From: Candidatus Kerfeldbacteria bacterium
GTDB lineage: Bacteria > Patescibacteriota > Patescibacteriia > SBBC01 > CAIJZX01
Reading direction: 5' to 3'
NCBI GenBank assembly: GCA_963731735.1
Contig: CAVSWO010000002.1
Coordinates: forward strand, 402,891-466,890
DNA: 64,000 nt
Made by a program: the position numbers and the translations under genes. The notes below the pieces were generated by a model. The model was given only the letters and a program-made list of their open reading frames with translations, searched no databases and was not told the DNA's origin. Shown in pieces: positions 18,816-29,589 of this stretch. The stretch's first letter is position 1. Every line of letters starts with the position of its first letter.

Positions 18816-20760
18816 TAACCTGGTAGGATCCCTTTTTATAGACCCACGATCCGCCCGGACCGGAGCTGAAAACCACACTGGCCAAACCCGTTTCGTAAGT
18901 TACCTGCGAGCCGTTTTGGAGCACAATTCGTTGGCCGGTGACTTCTTTTAAGTCCGCACTGTTCTTCAGGACGACCGATCCGTTATGCGCGTACACGACA
19001 CCCGCCGTCAGGTTGTTCGAAACATCAATCGCGCCATCAAGGTCAGAGGTCGTTTTATTCATTGATAACAGCATAATATAGGTGTCGGCACTGCTATTGC
19101 CGACCGCGTTACCGCCACTCAGGACTATGATCCGGCCGCTGTTCAAATCATCATCCGGATTATCAGCCACAATCGTTCCGCTGTCACTGCCGTAAGCCTC
19201 GGACAGGGTGATGGTGTTATCAATTGTCAGATTCCCTTTGACCCAGACTGTGCCAGTTAAGGTCACGTTGCCATTAATTAATACGTCACCATCATATTTG
19301 GCCGGTCCGATACTGCCACTCGAAATGGTACAACCGCTGGTGCAATCAATCGTATTTCCGTTGGCGGCCTGAGCCTCCATTTGACCTATCTGGGCGGTGG
19401 TTAAGGGGAAGCCAACCGGTTCGAGCGTGGCATTACCGGCATGACAATACGGGCCGGTATCATAGGTGGTGTTATTATTGTCGCACGGGATTGGCGCCGT
19501 GCTGCTGTCGGTGCAGGTTTCGGTGCCCGATCCAGTTGTGACTGCGCCAAGGATGTGTTGGTAACAGGCGTGTTGCTTGATATTGGTCGAATCTATGGTT
19601 TCAGAATACGCGTTACCACCGATGGCGTAACTTCCGTCGATGCAGAGTACCCCCGTGCATCCGATCTTTAAGGTTGGTGTTACACCACCCATAAACACCT
19701 GGAATGCGATATCGCAACCAGAACCCGAACAGGCGTTGGTCAGACTGGTCAGGCTACCGCCGATTTTGGCCTGACCCGATGGGTAGCTGCTGTTATCTGC
19801 ATCACGGACGGATTCCCAATATTTTGATCCGTCGGCGCCGCTGGTCTTCAAAACTAACCAATAGGTTTGCCCAGCCGTTAAGATTGGATTAATTGCCGGG
19901 GTAAAGGTGACAGTCGTCCAGCCAGAATTTTCCCAGCCCGCATACTCGACGATCGGATTTTGGAGAGTAATACCTCCGCCAGTTAGCTCACTTCCCGGCT
20001 GGCCGGAATTATCATCATACAAATAGACAGTGATAGTTGATGTCACCAACGAACTGACTTTTGCGACTTTAAACCCGAGGCTGTAAATTTTGTCAGACAC
20101 CGAGGGCACGAAACTTTGCGCCAAATAATCATCGCTTGAACCGTTAGTCCCAAAGTTCAAAGTATTGGTGGCGGGATCAGGATCGGCGGTGGCATCGATG
20201 GTCGGCGAGCCTTTGGTCAGCACCACATCACCGCTGACGGCACTTTTATCGCCGGTTACCGGGCCGCTCGAGAAAACATTACCGGTAATCAAGTTATTGT
20301 TTTTCATATCAAGCCCGCCAATTCCCGCCTGCAAGCCGTAAGAAAATGAGACATCAGCGGTTGAGGTGGTCAGCTGAACCTGCAAATGTTGGGTTGAGGC
20401 GCTAATGCCGCCCCCGACAGATCCATAGGCATCAATAGTCCGGTTGTTACCACTGCCGCTGACGGTAGTCGAAAAACTTCCGCGCCCGAACGCAACGTTG
20501 CTCTCTCCAACAAAACTTGGGTTATTCGAACAGTCAGTCGTATTGGAAGGATTATTCAGACACCAAACCGCTTTTTCAATCCCGGCCTCGGCAATGCGGG
20601 TCGCTTCTTGATCGTTGACGCGGCGGCTGGTGGTCTGGACATTCGCGTTGGAACGATCGAAAGTAGTAGCCACTAAAATTCCGATCACCGTCAAAAAGAT
20701 GATACTAAAAATCAGGGTCGAACCTGAGCGATGATTACGGATGGTTGCGGAATGTGGCAT
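18808..20760 (-). CDS. PilX-like minor pilin with large C-terminal extracellular domain
   Basis: RSG|STLIFSIIFL hydrophobic N-terminus, AEAGIEKA motif. Confidence 0.8.
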   Translation of the reverse strand: MPHSATIRNHRSGSTLIFSIIFLTVIGILVATTFDRSNANVQTTSRRVNDQEATRIAEAGIEKAVWCLNNPSNTTDCSNNPSFVGESNVAFGRGSFSTTVSGSGNNRTIDAYGSVGGGISASTQHLQVQLTTSTADVSFSYGLQAGIGGLDMKNNNLITGNVFSSGPVTGDKSAVSGDVVLTKGSPTIDATADPDPATNTLNFGTNGSSDDYLAQSFVPSVSDKIYSLGFKVAKVSSLVTSTITVYLYDDNSGQPGSELTGGGITLQNPIVEYAGWENSGWTTVTFTPAINPILTAGQTYWLVLKTSGADGSKYWESVRDADNSSYPSGQAKIGGSLTSLTNACSGSGCDIAFQVFMGGVTPTLKIGCTGVLCIDGSYAIGGNAYSETIDSTNIKQHACYQHILGAVTTGSGTETCTDSSTAPIPCDNNNTTYDTGPYCHAGNATLEPVGFPLTTAQIGQMEAQAANGNTIDCTSGCTISSGSIGPAKYDGDVLINGNVTLTGTVWVKGNLTIDNTITLSEAYGSDSGTIVADNPDDDLNSGRIIVLSGGNAVGNSSADTYIMLLSMNKTTSDLDGAIDVSNNLTAGVVYAHNGSVVLKNSADLKEVTGQRIVLQNGSQVTYETGLASVVFSSGPGGSWVYKKGSYQVIK

Positions 20761-21304
20761 AGAGGATATTCGTCCGGGCGAAAGCGCGATTGTTCAAATC
20801 TTTTTCGATCACCACCGTGGCCGTGGCGGCCGTGGCGTCGGCCGGTACAGCGGTAGTATAGCGAAAATAGACGTCTTTGACATGTTCGGCCACAATTTGA
20901 TCAACCGCGGTTCGACTTGAAAGCGCGTTTGGTTCGATGATGAGGCGGAGTCGAGGATTGCCGGTGACGCTGGTATCCAGGGTAATGACACCGGAATCAA
21001 TGTCAAAGCTTGCCAGTTCACCGCCCTCAATACTCGGGAGGCTAAAGACGAAGGTATCCGAATCAGATGCGTAGGCGGTGCCATTGATAGTGGCTGAGGC
21101 TAAAACATTTTTTGTTTGGCGCATGGCTTCATCCATGGCTGAAAACACCCGGACCACATTTTCACCGACATCAATCCGGCTTTGCTCGTTGCGGGTGAAT
21201 TGGTTCGTACTGACAAACAGGTTGCTGACCACTACCACAATCAACCCCAGCACGGCAATACTGATCATTAACTCTACTAAAGTGATGCCGGGACGACGAG
21301 TCAT
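20735..21304 (-). CDS. Type IV prepilin-like protein (PilW/PulJ-like)
   Basis: RPG|ITLVELMISIAVLG class III signal. Confidence 0.85.
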   Translation of the reverse strand: MTRRPGITLVELMISIAVLGLIVVVVSNLFVSTNQFTRNEQSRIDVGENVVRVFSAMDEAMRQTKNVLASATINGTAYASDSDTFVFSLPSIEGGELASFDIDSGVITLDTSVTGNPRLRLIIEPNALSSRTAVDQIVAEHVKDVYFRYTTAVPADATAATATVVIEKDLNNRAFARTNILYATFRNHP

Positions 21305-22341
21305 AGTCCGACCTCACTTTTTCCAATTAAGACAGTGCTGGTGTACTCAATCAATTGGGCATTGTAACGCCACTGCACAGTCACCGTCGCCTTTTTTAGG
21401 GTGGTGGCGCCGGCGGGATAGGCTTCAATCGTCAGCTTCCCATTATCGTCAAAAGTATTCGGGGTGCTATCTGGCAAATCGTTCAAGCCCAAACGCGTCC
21501 AGGCCGCCGGCAAATCGCTTTGGCCATCAAAATCCCAATTTTCGGTACTGGTGGTAATCGTTTGCGCATCATCAACTAGCACGTGAGCGCCACCCCAACT
21601 CAGCAGAGCGGCCGGACCCGATGTGAAGGTGGTATCGGTGATGATCGGGCTGACAATCTGCTGACTGCCATCGAGATAGATATCAATAGTGGGGTTCGGA
21701 TCGACATCCAGGACGAGTTTGAGTGTATACCATTGGTCGGTATTGATGGTCGCTTGTTTCGCGAATAACAAGCTAGCCGTTCCGTTCACCACCTTCTCGA
21801 GTACCATATTTTGCACGCCGCCATCCACCGTATCTAGATCGGTGGTAGTTCGGGCGATGCGCAGACGGTAGTAATTTTGATTATCCTGCGCTTGAAAAAT
21901 ATAGCCAAAGGCTGAATTCGTCGGGCTATCCGATTTAAGTTGCCAGGCCGCCTGGATGGTACCCGTATCGTACGAGCCAGCGGGGAATTGTAAGCGTCCT
22001 GAATCACTTGAAGGGCTAGCCGTATTCTTGGCAAGTTCCAGCGCGTTTCCGGTAACGCCCCCCGTCACGATCTTCCAATCACCCGCGTTGTATAAAATAT
22101 TATGAAAATCGCCGTTGGTTTGGTCCGGTAAATTTTTAAACCCCCAGCGCTTCAGGGCGTTGATTTCTTCGTCAGCCAAGGCGGCCGCTTGCGCCCGATA
22201 CAAAACCCGGCGATTGATTTCGTGGGCGCTGACTAAACTCGCGTAGACCAGAATTAAGGTCGACAAGACAAACAGCCCGAGGACCGTGTCCAGGATAGAA
22301 AATCCTCGTCGGTGGTGACGTTGCTTTTGTTTTCGCTCCAT
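21301..22341 (-). CDS. Prepilin-like protein (PilV-like) with inserted beta-sandwich domain
   Basis: RRG|FSILDTVLGLFVL, C-terminal KKATVTVQW. Start is 7 nt after TACACT. Confidence 0.75.
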   Translation of the reverse strand: MERKQKQRHHRRGFSILDTVLGLFVLSTLILVYASLVSAHEINRRVLYRAQAAALADEEINALKRWGFKNLPDQTNGDFHNILYNAGDWKIVTGGVTGNALELAKNTASPSSDSGRLQFPAGSYDTGTIQAAWQLKSDSPTNSAFGYIFQAQDNQNYYRLRIARTTTDLDTVDGGVQNMVLEKVVNGTASLLFAKQATINTDQWYTLKLVLDVDPNPTIDIYLDGSQQIVSPIITDTTFTSGPAALLSWGGAHVLVDDAQTITTSTENWDFDGQSDLPAAWTRLGLNDLPDSTPNTFDDNGKLTIEAYPAGATTLKKATVTVQWRYNAQLIEYTSTVLIGKSEVGL

Positions 22342-22412
22342 TTCGATTAGTGTATCATATTGGGACAGAATTGACCCAGCCTCGCAACTAGCGTAGGATT
22401 CTTTCGTAATTT

Positions 22413-22499
22413 GCTGGAGTGGCGGAATTGGCATACGCGCTAGCCTTAGGAGCTAGTGCCCGCAAGGGCTTGAGAGTTCAAATCTCTCCTCCAGCACCA
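22413..22499 (+). tRNA. tRNA-Leu(TAG)
   Basis: GCTGGAG acceptor, CTAGC-cTTAGga-GCTAG anticodon arm, long variable arm, GTTCAAATC, CCA end. Confidence 0.95.
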
Positions 22500-22503
22500 T
22501 TTT

Positions 22504-22749
22504 ATGAAACGCCACTGGAAAGAAATACTCGGTTGGTATGGCGTGAGTGCCATACTCTTGGCCTATGCGCTGACGAACCTTCGGCTCCTGTCGGTTGATG
22601 CCTGGCCGGCGCTGATCTTAAATTTATCCGGATCGATCGGAATTATCGTAGTAGCTCGATCAAAACGTGACATGCAGCCGGTTGTACTGAATTTGATCTG
22701 GGCCGGCATCGCGGTTTTTGGAATCCTTCGGGCCTGGGCGGGAACTTGA
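22504..22749 (+). CDS. Small membrane protein (CBU_0592-like)
   Basis: LGWYGVSAILLAY...LNLSGS...LNLIW pattern, 3 TM. Confidence 0.7.
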   Translation: MKRHWKEILGWYGVSAILLAYALTNLRLLSVDAWPALILNLSGSIGIIVVARSKRDMQPVVLNLIWAGIAVFGILRAWAGT

Positions 22750-22834
22750 CAGAAGGCGACGACTGACGTATCCTTGCGACATAGACAAACTTTGGTGACT
22801 CCAGTGGGAGCCACCAATGTTTTTATCCAGAAAT

Positions 22835-23089
22835 TTATTCAAGCTGCATCGGGTTGCCGATCGTATCGTCGACCGACTGAATTACAAAGACATCGCCCTT
22901 TTCGAAGGTGACCTGGTAGGTCGTGTTGCGGAAACGAAACTCCGCATGGCCATGATTTTTGGCGTCAAAACACAGGCGGTCAATAATCGTATGGCTGGTA
23001 TTGCGGAGAAAATCAATCACATCTTCTTCGCCCCAGACATGGTGAATGACGATATACTCATCCCGGAAATTTTTTCGAATTTTTGCCAT
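22835..23089 (-). CDS. 84-aa hypothetical protein, paralog of the 50.3-51.0 kb trio
   Basis: HHVWGEEDVIDFLRN...AKNHGHAEF aligns with HQVYAHKDVIRFLKN...AKRYGRAEF. Confidence 0.75.
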   Translation of the reverse strand: MAKIRKNFRDEYIVIHHVWGEEDVIDFLRNTSHTIIDRLCFDAKNHGHAEFRFRNTTYQVTFEKGDVFVIQSVDDTIGNPMQLE

Positions 23090-23144
23090 GGATTGTTATT
23101 TGCAGAATACGCTAATGCAGACGCAAGGTAAACCTTTTGTCAAT

Positions 23145-25226
23145 ATGCGGAGCTTGAGCCGAGTGATTGTGGTGACCATGGTACTGATGTGTCTACCGAA
23201 CGCGCCTATCGCACGATCGGTTGATCAGCCGGTCGTGATAAATGAACTCCTCTGGATGGGGTCCGATCGATCATCATCTGATGAGTGGATTGAATTACGC
23301 AATCTAACGACCGCGCCAATTGACCTAACGGGCTGGCAGCTGACCAAGCACAGCGGCGGCGCAGAAGTCCCGATGCTGACTTTCCCGAACGGAACAATTG
23401 CCGCCCAGGGGTATTTTCTAATCGCTAATTATTCGGAAACCCACGCGAATTCAGCCCTAGATATTACGCCTGACCTGGTTACCAGCGATGTGGCGCTGGC
23501 GAATTCAGCTCTGCAAATTACTCTTTATGATGCAGCTGGAGTATTGATCGACAGGGCGGATGATGGTTCGGGGAATCCCTTGTCGGGAGTCTATGATAAC
23601 GCGGCTGAAAAATATATTTCGATGGAACGTAATCGAGTGCCCGGCGATGGCCAGCTGGCCCAAAGTTGGCATCCCAACACCCAGGCGGTAAATATCAAAG
23701 CTACGAGCTTAGTCCAAGCCACTCCGGGCGCAAAGAATTCCAATGCCGCTCCGGTGGCGGTTGTTGGCTCGGACGTAACCGGCCAAATCAATCTACCGGT
23801 AAATTTTGATGGGAGTGATTCGTATGATCCGGACGCCGATCCATTATCATACAGCTGGGATTTTGGTGACGGTACTACCGCTAGCGGCGTTACGCCCGAA
23901 CATATATTCACAGCAGCCGGAGACTTCGCGGTTGTTTTAACGGTCAGTGACAGCGCGCTCAACTCGACCGTCGGGTTGACCGCCAGTATCACGAGCCCAC
24001 CAGCTCCATCGACGTCCACGCCAAATCCCAGTCGCGGAGAAACCGCAACGCCAAGTTCATCCTGCCGTGGACTTCGATTGAGTGAACTTTGGCCAAATCC
24101 GGCTGGCGTGGACGATGGTGAATTTATTGAATTAGAAAATGTAACCGGCCAAGCCATTTTGCTGGCGGGGTGTAAACTCTGGGTCAATGATAAACGCGTC
24201 TATACCTTTTCCGATGGCCAAGCGCCGGCTCGAGGCTTTGTGGTCGCGGATAAAGCCACCACGAAACTCTCGCTAACCAATGCGGGCGGCACGGTTCGAT
24301 TGGAGGATTCGGATGGGACTGAACTTGATCGAGCCGAATATGCCAAGGCGAAAGATGACCTGAGTTGGTCACGGTTCGCAGACAGTTGGGGTTGGACGGA
24401 AACGCCGACGCCGGGCGCAACCAATCAGGCACCGAATGAAGACGGGGCGGTGGCCGGAGCCAGCACGTCCGCTCAAACGGGCGGCGGGCACGTAGTTGTT
24501 GATGCGGCGATTGGTGAAATTCAGGAACAAGACAGCGGCGACCGCGTGCATGTCCAGGGCATTATTACCGCGCCGGTTGACGCGCTGGGTACGCGGGTCA
24601 CTTATCTTCAGGATGCCAGCGGCGCCGTCAGCTTGCTGCTGGCCGAAGACGCGGACAAACCTGATCTCGGTGATCAGGTGGATATTGTCGGCATCGTTCG
24701 GTCCTATCAAGGCCGCAAACGCTTGTCGGTAGCCAAGCAAGACTTGCAGATTCTTGGATCCGACCCCTGGTCGCCAAAAGCGATTACGATTGATGAATTG
24801 TCGCCTGACCTGGCCGATCAATTGGTGACCGTATCCGGGGCGATTGGGGCAATCAGTGGCACCAAGATTACCTTGGATGATGGGAGCGGTGAAGGAACCA
24901 TTTACCTCAAATCTTCCACCGGCATCTTAAAACCAAAAATGTATAGCGGTGATACCCTGACCGTCACGGGCATTGTGAACGTCACCACCGCCAGTGGAAT
25001 TCGAATCATGCCGCGGCAGAATCAGGATCTGGTCGTAGACGCCCAAACCAATCGTGTCAATACCAATCAAACCACCCAAACAACTCTTCCAACCGCCCCG
25101 GTCCAACATGTCTGGTGGTACTGGATTTTAGTTGGGACGGGAGCGGGAGCGGTTAGCATTAAACCCCTTTGGACGGCTTGGCGGAAACGAAAGGACCCAA
25201 GCCGTGAGCAAAGTAGCACCGTGTAG
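23145..25226 (+). CDS. Surface protein: two lamin-tail domains, PKD, OB-folds, C-terminal TM
   Basis: VVINELLW..EWIELRN, SYSWDFGDG, LSELWPNP..EFIELEN, TYLQDASG, C-terminal WWYWILVG. Confidence 0.85.
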   Translation: MRSLSRVIVVTMVLMCLPNAPIARSVDQPVVINELLWMGSDRSSSDEWIELRNLTTAPIDLTGWQLTKHSGGAEVPMLTFPNGTIAAQGYFLIANYSETHANSALDITPDLVTSDVALANSALQITLYDAAGVLIDRADDGSGNPLSGVYDNAAEKYISMERNRVPGDGQLAQSWHPNTQAVNIKATSLVQATPGAKNSNAAPVAVVGSDVTGQINLPVNFDGSDSYDPDADPLSYSWDFGDGTTASGVTPEHIFTAAGDFAVVLTVSDSALNSTVGLTASITSPPAPSTSTPNPSRGETATPSSSCRGLRLSELWPNPAGVDDGEFIELENVTGQAILLAGCKLWVNDKRVYTFSDGQAPARGFVVADKATTKLSLTNAGGTVRLEDSDGTELDRAEYAKAKDDLSWSRFADSWGWTETPTPGATNQAPNEDGAVAGASTSAQTGGGHVVVDAAIGEIQEQDSGDRVHVQGIITAPVDALGTRVTYLQDASGAVSLLLAEDADKPDLGDQVDIVGIVRSYQGRKRLSVAKQDLQILGSDPWSPKAITIDELSPDLADQLVTVSGAIGAISGTKITLDDGSGEGTIYLKSSTGILKPKMYSGDTLTVTGIVNVTTASGIRIMPRQNQDLVVDAQTNRVNTNQTTQTTLPTAPVQHVWWYWILVGTGAGAVSIKPLWTAWRKRKDPSREQSSTV

Positions 25227-26358
25227 TACAGCCGTTTTACTGATTGCGCTTCTCTGGCCATTGACTGGCCGGGCAATCAGTCTAATTCCTGACGATCAGC
25301 CGGGATCAAGTCAAGCGAAAAATATTTCCCAGGTGTTGGTCATGCGCGGATATTTCAACGGACAGTCCCAACCAACCCAGCCAATCGATCAGACCCAACA
25401 AATATTTTTTGGACGCTCGCCGAGCGCTAACGACTACTTTCATGAAGTATCATACGGACGTTTCGGGATTGCCGGCCAAGTAACGCCGTGGTTGCCGCTG
25501 GCAATTGCTTCAACCTGTGACACACAAACACTGACCGATGCGGCCTTACGCGCTACCGCCACCTGGCAGCCGACCTTCCCATTTCTCAATTATCATTATT
25601 TTGTGGTGGTGGCGCCGTACGATACCAGTGGATGTCCCGATGGCCAGGCCTATATCGGACCCAAGTTATTTGCGACCCCGGCCGGCCCGATCCGGGCCGG
25701 CCGGGCTGTGCTGCAAGCCGAACACCTGAATCTCTACACTGTCATTCATGAACTTGGCCATGCTTTTGGTCTCCATCACGCTGGGCTCTTGAATTGCGAC
25801 GTCAGCGTCCAAACGCGTTCAACCTGCCCGACCTGGGAATATGGTGATCACTTCGATAGCATGGGTGGCGCCTATCAAACCATGGGCGGCCACTATGACG
25901 CGCTTCACAAACGCCGGCTCAATTGGTTACCGGATGGATATAGTCAAACCATTACGCAGAGCACAGTTGTATCGATACAGCCACTTGCCGCGCGGACGGA
26001 CGGAGTGCATGCGATCTTTCTTCAGACCCCGAACACCCCGGACCTCTCCATTGAGTATCGGCAACCAATTGGTTACGATCATGACCTTGATGACCCCGCG
26101 GTGTTTCAAGGAGCCTTACTTCATAGCGACAGCGATGACGGACGAACGTTTCTGATTGACCCGACGCCGCCGGCCTATTCCCGTCTGAACAGTCTCCTGA
26201 CGGGTGAGCGGTTGGTTGATTTGGAGTCTGGCATACAAATCGAAACACTCAGCCGGTTGCCAAACGCGTTAACCGTCCGGATTCTATTTCCGCGCCAAGC
26301 AACCCCGGTACCAATTATTCCCACTTATGAAAAAAAAGTCCTGCCAGTGCAGGACTAA
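25204..26358 (+). CDS. Secreted zinc metallopeptidase (M6/M11-like)
   Basis: HELGHAFGLHH, EYGDHFDSMG (Met-turn), IEYRQ. Confidence 0.8.
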   Translation: MSKVAPCSTAVLLIALLWPLTGRAISLIPDDQPGSSQAKNISQVLVMRGYFNGQSQPTQPIDQTQQIFFGRSPSANDYFHEVSYGRFGIAGQVTPWLPLAIASTCDTQTLTDAALRATATWQPTFPFLNYHYFVVVAPYDTSGCPDGQAYIGPKLFATPAGPIRAGRAVLQAEHLNLYTVIHELGHAFGLHHAGLLNCDVSVQTRSTCPTWEYGDHFDSMGGAYQTMGGHYDALHKRRLNWLPDGYSQTITQSTVVSIQPLAARTDGVHAIFLQTPNTPDLSIEYRQPIGYDHDLDDPAVFQGALLHSDSDDGRTFLIDPTPPAYSRLNSLLTGERLVDLESGIQIETLSRLPNALTVRILFPRQATPVPIIPTYEKKVLPVQD

Positions 26359-26702
26359 TTTGGGAGCGTGTACGGTACTGGGTAAGGCTTCGTGCCATTC
26401 GGCGAATCCAGAAATCCGAATCCGTGATAGGCGCCTTCGAGCCAGTATTCGAGAAATTGCGGCTTCCAGATACCATCATCGGTGCGAGCGTACAAAAATT
26501 GTCCGCTGATTTGGAGCTCGCCGTCCAGGCGATCGATGATGATGCCATCGATTTCGATGTTGGCGGTCTGTTCATCGATCTCGATGCCACCCAGATACAT
26601 ATTGGCGGAAGCCATGTTTGGACATGACTGTCGCAGGCAGCCGGTTGCATCGACCGTGATCAGCTCGATTGGATGGTCGAATTCTCCCTTGGTGTTTGTC
26701 AT
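26355..26702 (-). CDS. Hypothetical protein (115 aa)
   Basis: GGAGG SD before MTNTKG. Confidence 0.55.
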   Translation of the reverse strand: MTNTKGEFDHPIELITVDATGCLRQSCPNMASANMYLGGIEIDEQTANIEIDGIIIDRLDGELQISGQFLYARTDDGIWKPQFLEYWLEGAYHGFGFLDSPNGTKPYPVPYTLPN

Positions 26703-26801
26703 CGTACCCTCCGTGTTCGCGGGACGAAGCATGGAAAGGGCAGTCCTGCCTCAAGGTGTATCGAGAATGCGATTGATTGTCAAGCATGCTAAAATGCATG
26801 C

Positions 26802-29522
26802 ATGCCTCCCAAACAACGCCTGCTGATCATCGATTCAAACGCGCTGATACACCGCAGTTACCACGCCTTACCGCCGCTCACCGATAAACACGGACAGCCA
26901 GTTCAAGCCGTCTATGGATTTGCGACCACGTTGTTAAAGGCTTGGAAAGAACTCAAACCGACCCACATCGTGGCTTGTTTTGACATGCGGGGCCCAACCT
27001 TTCGCGAACAGGAATACAAAGACTACAAGGCCACCCGCGCCAAAGCCCCGGACGATCTTTACGAACAGATTCCGCTGGTGCATGACCTGGTCGAAGCCTT
27101 CCATATTCCGATTTTCGAAAAGCAAACCTTTGAAGCAGACGATCTGATCGGGACTATCACTCAGCAAGAACCAAAAATCGAAAAGATAATCCTGACTGGC
27201 GATATGGATTCCATGCAGTTGGTCGATCCGCTGACGAAAGTGTATACCTTGCGTAAAGGGATGAGCGATACAGCGCTGTTCGACGTCGCCGCCGTTAAGG
27301 AACGCTACCAGCTAACCCCGGAGCAGGTGATTGATTACAAAGCGCTGCGTGGCGATCCGTCGGATAATATCCCCGGCGTTAAAGGGATTGGCGAAAAAAC
27401 CGCAACGGAACTGCTCAAACAGTTCAAAACCCTCGACAAACTCTACCAAGCGTTAGCGGACGAAACACCCAAAGCCAAAAAACTCAAAGACAGCCTGAAG
27501 GAAAAACTGATCAAACATAAATCAGACGCATTTCTGTCGCAGAATATAGCCACCATCAAACGCGATGTGCCGATCACATTCAAGCTCGACCAAGCCGCGG
27601 TCACAAACTATGATCGCTCCAAAGTGGTTGGCATGCTGCAAGATTTCGGGTTCAAATCACTGTTGAATAAGCTGCCGGATGTTGATGCTAAGTCCGTACG
27701 ACAAGCTCGGCAGGCAGCCATGTTGCTTGATACGAGTGCGCCGAAAAAAGCCGGCCACGAATACACCTTGGTTAATGATGCCGCGGCCTTCAAAAAATTC
27801 CTGACCGAACTCAACCAGCAAGCCGCCTTTGCAATCGACACCGAAACAACCGCCTTGAAACCGCACGATGCGAAACTCCTGGGCATGAGTTTCAGCTGGA
27901 AACAGGGAACCGGCTACTATGTAACCGCCAAATATCTTGAACAACTCAAGCCAATTTTAGAAAACCCGAAAATCGAAAAATATGGTCACCATTTGAAATA
28001 TGACGGTGAAATCTTTAGGTTACACGGTCTGCAGCTCAAACCGTTCAGCTTCGATACCATGATTGCTTCCTACCTGATGAACCCCGGCACCCGGCAGCAC
28101 TCGCTGGACGCGCTGGCTTTTTCTGAATTCGGTCATGAAATGATGCCGATTGAAGCGCTGATTGGTCCAAAGGGCAAGAAACAGGTGACTATGGCAGACG
28201 TGCCGTTGGAAAAAGTTGCTTGGTATGCCAGTGAGGATGCCGATTTCACCTGGCGGCTGGCTGAAAAGTTCAAACCCGAAATCGAACAGGCGGGCTTTAC
28301 CGGATTGATGCGGACCCTGGAATTACCGTTAATTCCGGTTTTGATGGACATGGAACTCACCGGGGTCAAAATCGATACGGATTTTTTAGCGGAAATGTCC
28401 AAGCAGGCCAAGGCTAAGTTGCGAAAAATTGAAGAAAAAATCTATGCGTTAGCTGGTACGAAATTTAATATTAGTTCACCGCTTCAGCTGAAAGAGATAC
28501 TATTCGAAAAATTGCAGATAGAAACGCGGGGAATAAGTCGAACCAAAACCGGCTTGTCGACCGCCGCTGATCAGCTGGAAAAAATGAAAGACGCCCACCC
28601 GATTATTCCGTTGATTGGTCAGTATCGCGAACTCTCGAAATTGATTTCAACGTACCTGGATGCGTTACCGGAGCTGGTGCATCCGAAAACCGGCCGCGTC
28701 CATACCAGTTATAACCAGACAGTGGCGGCCACCGGTCGGCTTTCCTCAACCGATCCCAATTTACAAAATATTCCGATTCGGACTGAACTGGGCGCGAAAA
28801 TTCGTCACGCATTTATCGCTGATCGCGGGAACCGTTTGGTTAGCGCGGACTATTCGCAAATTGAATTGCGGATCATTGCCTCGATGGCGAAAGACCAAGC
28901 GATGATGGATTCGTTCCGAAACGGTGAAGATATTCACGTTCGAACGGCGGCCAACATTAATGAAGTTCCGCTTGAGCGGGTGACCAAGCAAATGCGCCGG
29001 GCAGCCAAGGCGGTGAACTTCGGAATTATTTACGGCCTCGGCTACGTTGGCCTGGCCCAGGGCGAAGGTATTTCTCGAGAAGAAGCCAAGGCCTTTATTG
29101 AAAAATATTTTCAAATTCATAAAAATATCAAAACCTGGATCGAAAACACGAAGAAACTAGCCCATCAAAACGGATTCGTTGAAACGCTGTTCGGTCGCAA
29201 ACGATATTTTCCTGAAATCAACTCCTCGAATGGCATGCTGGTAGCCTCGGCTGAACGCCAAGCTATCAACGCCCCAATTCAAGGGACGGCCGCCGATTTG
29301 ATGAAACTAGCCATGATCCATGTCCACGACAAGTTGCCGAGCGTCAGCCCGCAAGCCAAACTCCTGCTCCAGGTACATGACGAATTGATTGTCGAGGCCC
29401 CGAAGGATGAAGCTGAAAAAGTCGCCAGGTTTTTAAAAGAGACGATGGAAATGGTATACACCCTGAATGTTCCGATAGCAGTTGACGTTGGAATTGGAAA
29501 AAATTGGGGTGAAGCGAAGTAG
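26802..29522 (+). CDS. polA: DNA polymerase I
   Basis: 5'-3' exonuclease (EADD, GDPSDNIPGV), 3'-5' exonuclease DTET, ADYSQIELR, QVHDEL. Confidence 0.98.
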   Translation: MPPKQRLLIIDSNALIHRSYHALPPLTDKHGQPVQAVYGFATTLLKAWKELKPTHIVACFDMRGPTFREQEYKDYKATRAKAPDDLYEQIPLVHDLVEAFHIPIFEKQTFEADDLIGTITQQEPKIEKIILTGDMDSMQLVDPLTKVYTLRKGMSDTALFDVAAVKERYQLTPEQVIDYKALRGDPSDNIPGVKGIGEKTATELLKQFKTLDKLYQALADETPKAKKLKDSLKEKLIKHKSDAFLSQNIATIKRDVPITFKLDQAAVTNYDRSKVVGMLQDFGFKSLLNKLPDVDAKSVRQARQAAMLLDTSAPKKAGHEYTLVNDAAAFKKFLTELNQQAAFAIDTETTALKPHDAKLLGMSFSWKQGTGYYVTAKYLEQLKPILENPKIEKYGHHLKYDGEIFRLHGLQLKPFSFDTMIASYLMNPGTRQHSLDALAFSEFGHEMMPIEALIGPKGKKQVTMADVPLEKVAWYASEDADFTWRLAEKFKPEIEQAGFTGLMRTLELPLIPVLMDMELTGVKIDTDFLAEMSKQAKAKLRKIEEKIYALAGTKFNISSPLQLKEILFEKLQIETRGISRTKTGLSTAADQLEKMKDAHPIIPLIGQYRELSKLISTYLDALPELVHPKTGRVHTSYNQTVAATGRLSSTDPNLQNIPIRTELGAKIRHAFIADRGNRLVSADYSQIELRIIASMAKDQAMMDSFRNGEDIHVRTAANINEVPLERVTKQMRRAAKAVNFGIIYGLGYVGLAQGEGISREEAKAFIEKYFQIHKNIKTWIENTKKLAHQNGFVETLFGRKRYFPEINSSNGMLVASAERQAINAPIQGTAADLMKLAMIHVHDKLPSVSPQAKLLLQVHDELIVEAPKDEAEKVARFLKETMEMVYTLNVPIAVDVGIGKNWGEAK

Positions 29523-29589
29523 ATTTTGAATCATACTTGGTTTTTTCATCCAGCTGGCATTTGCGGCAGTTGGTTGATATAATTACTCC

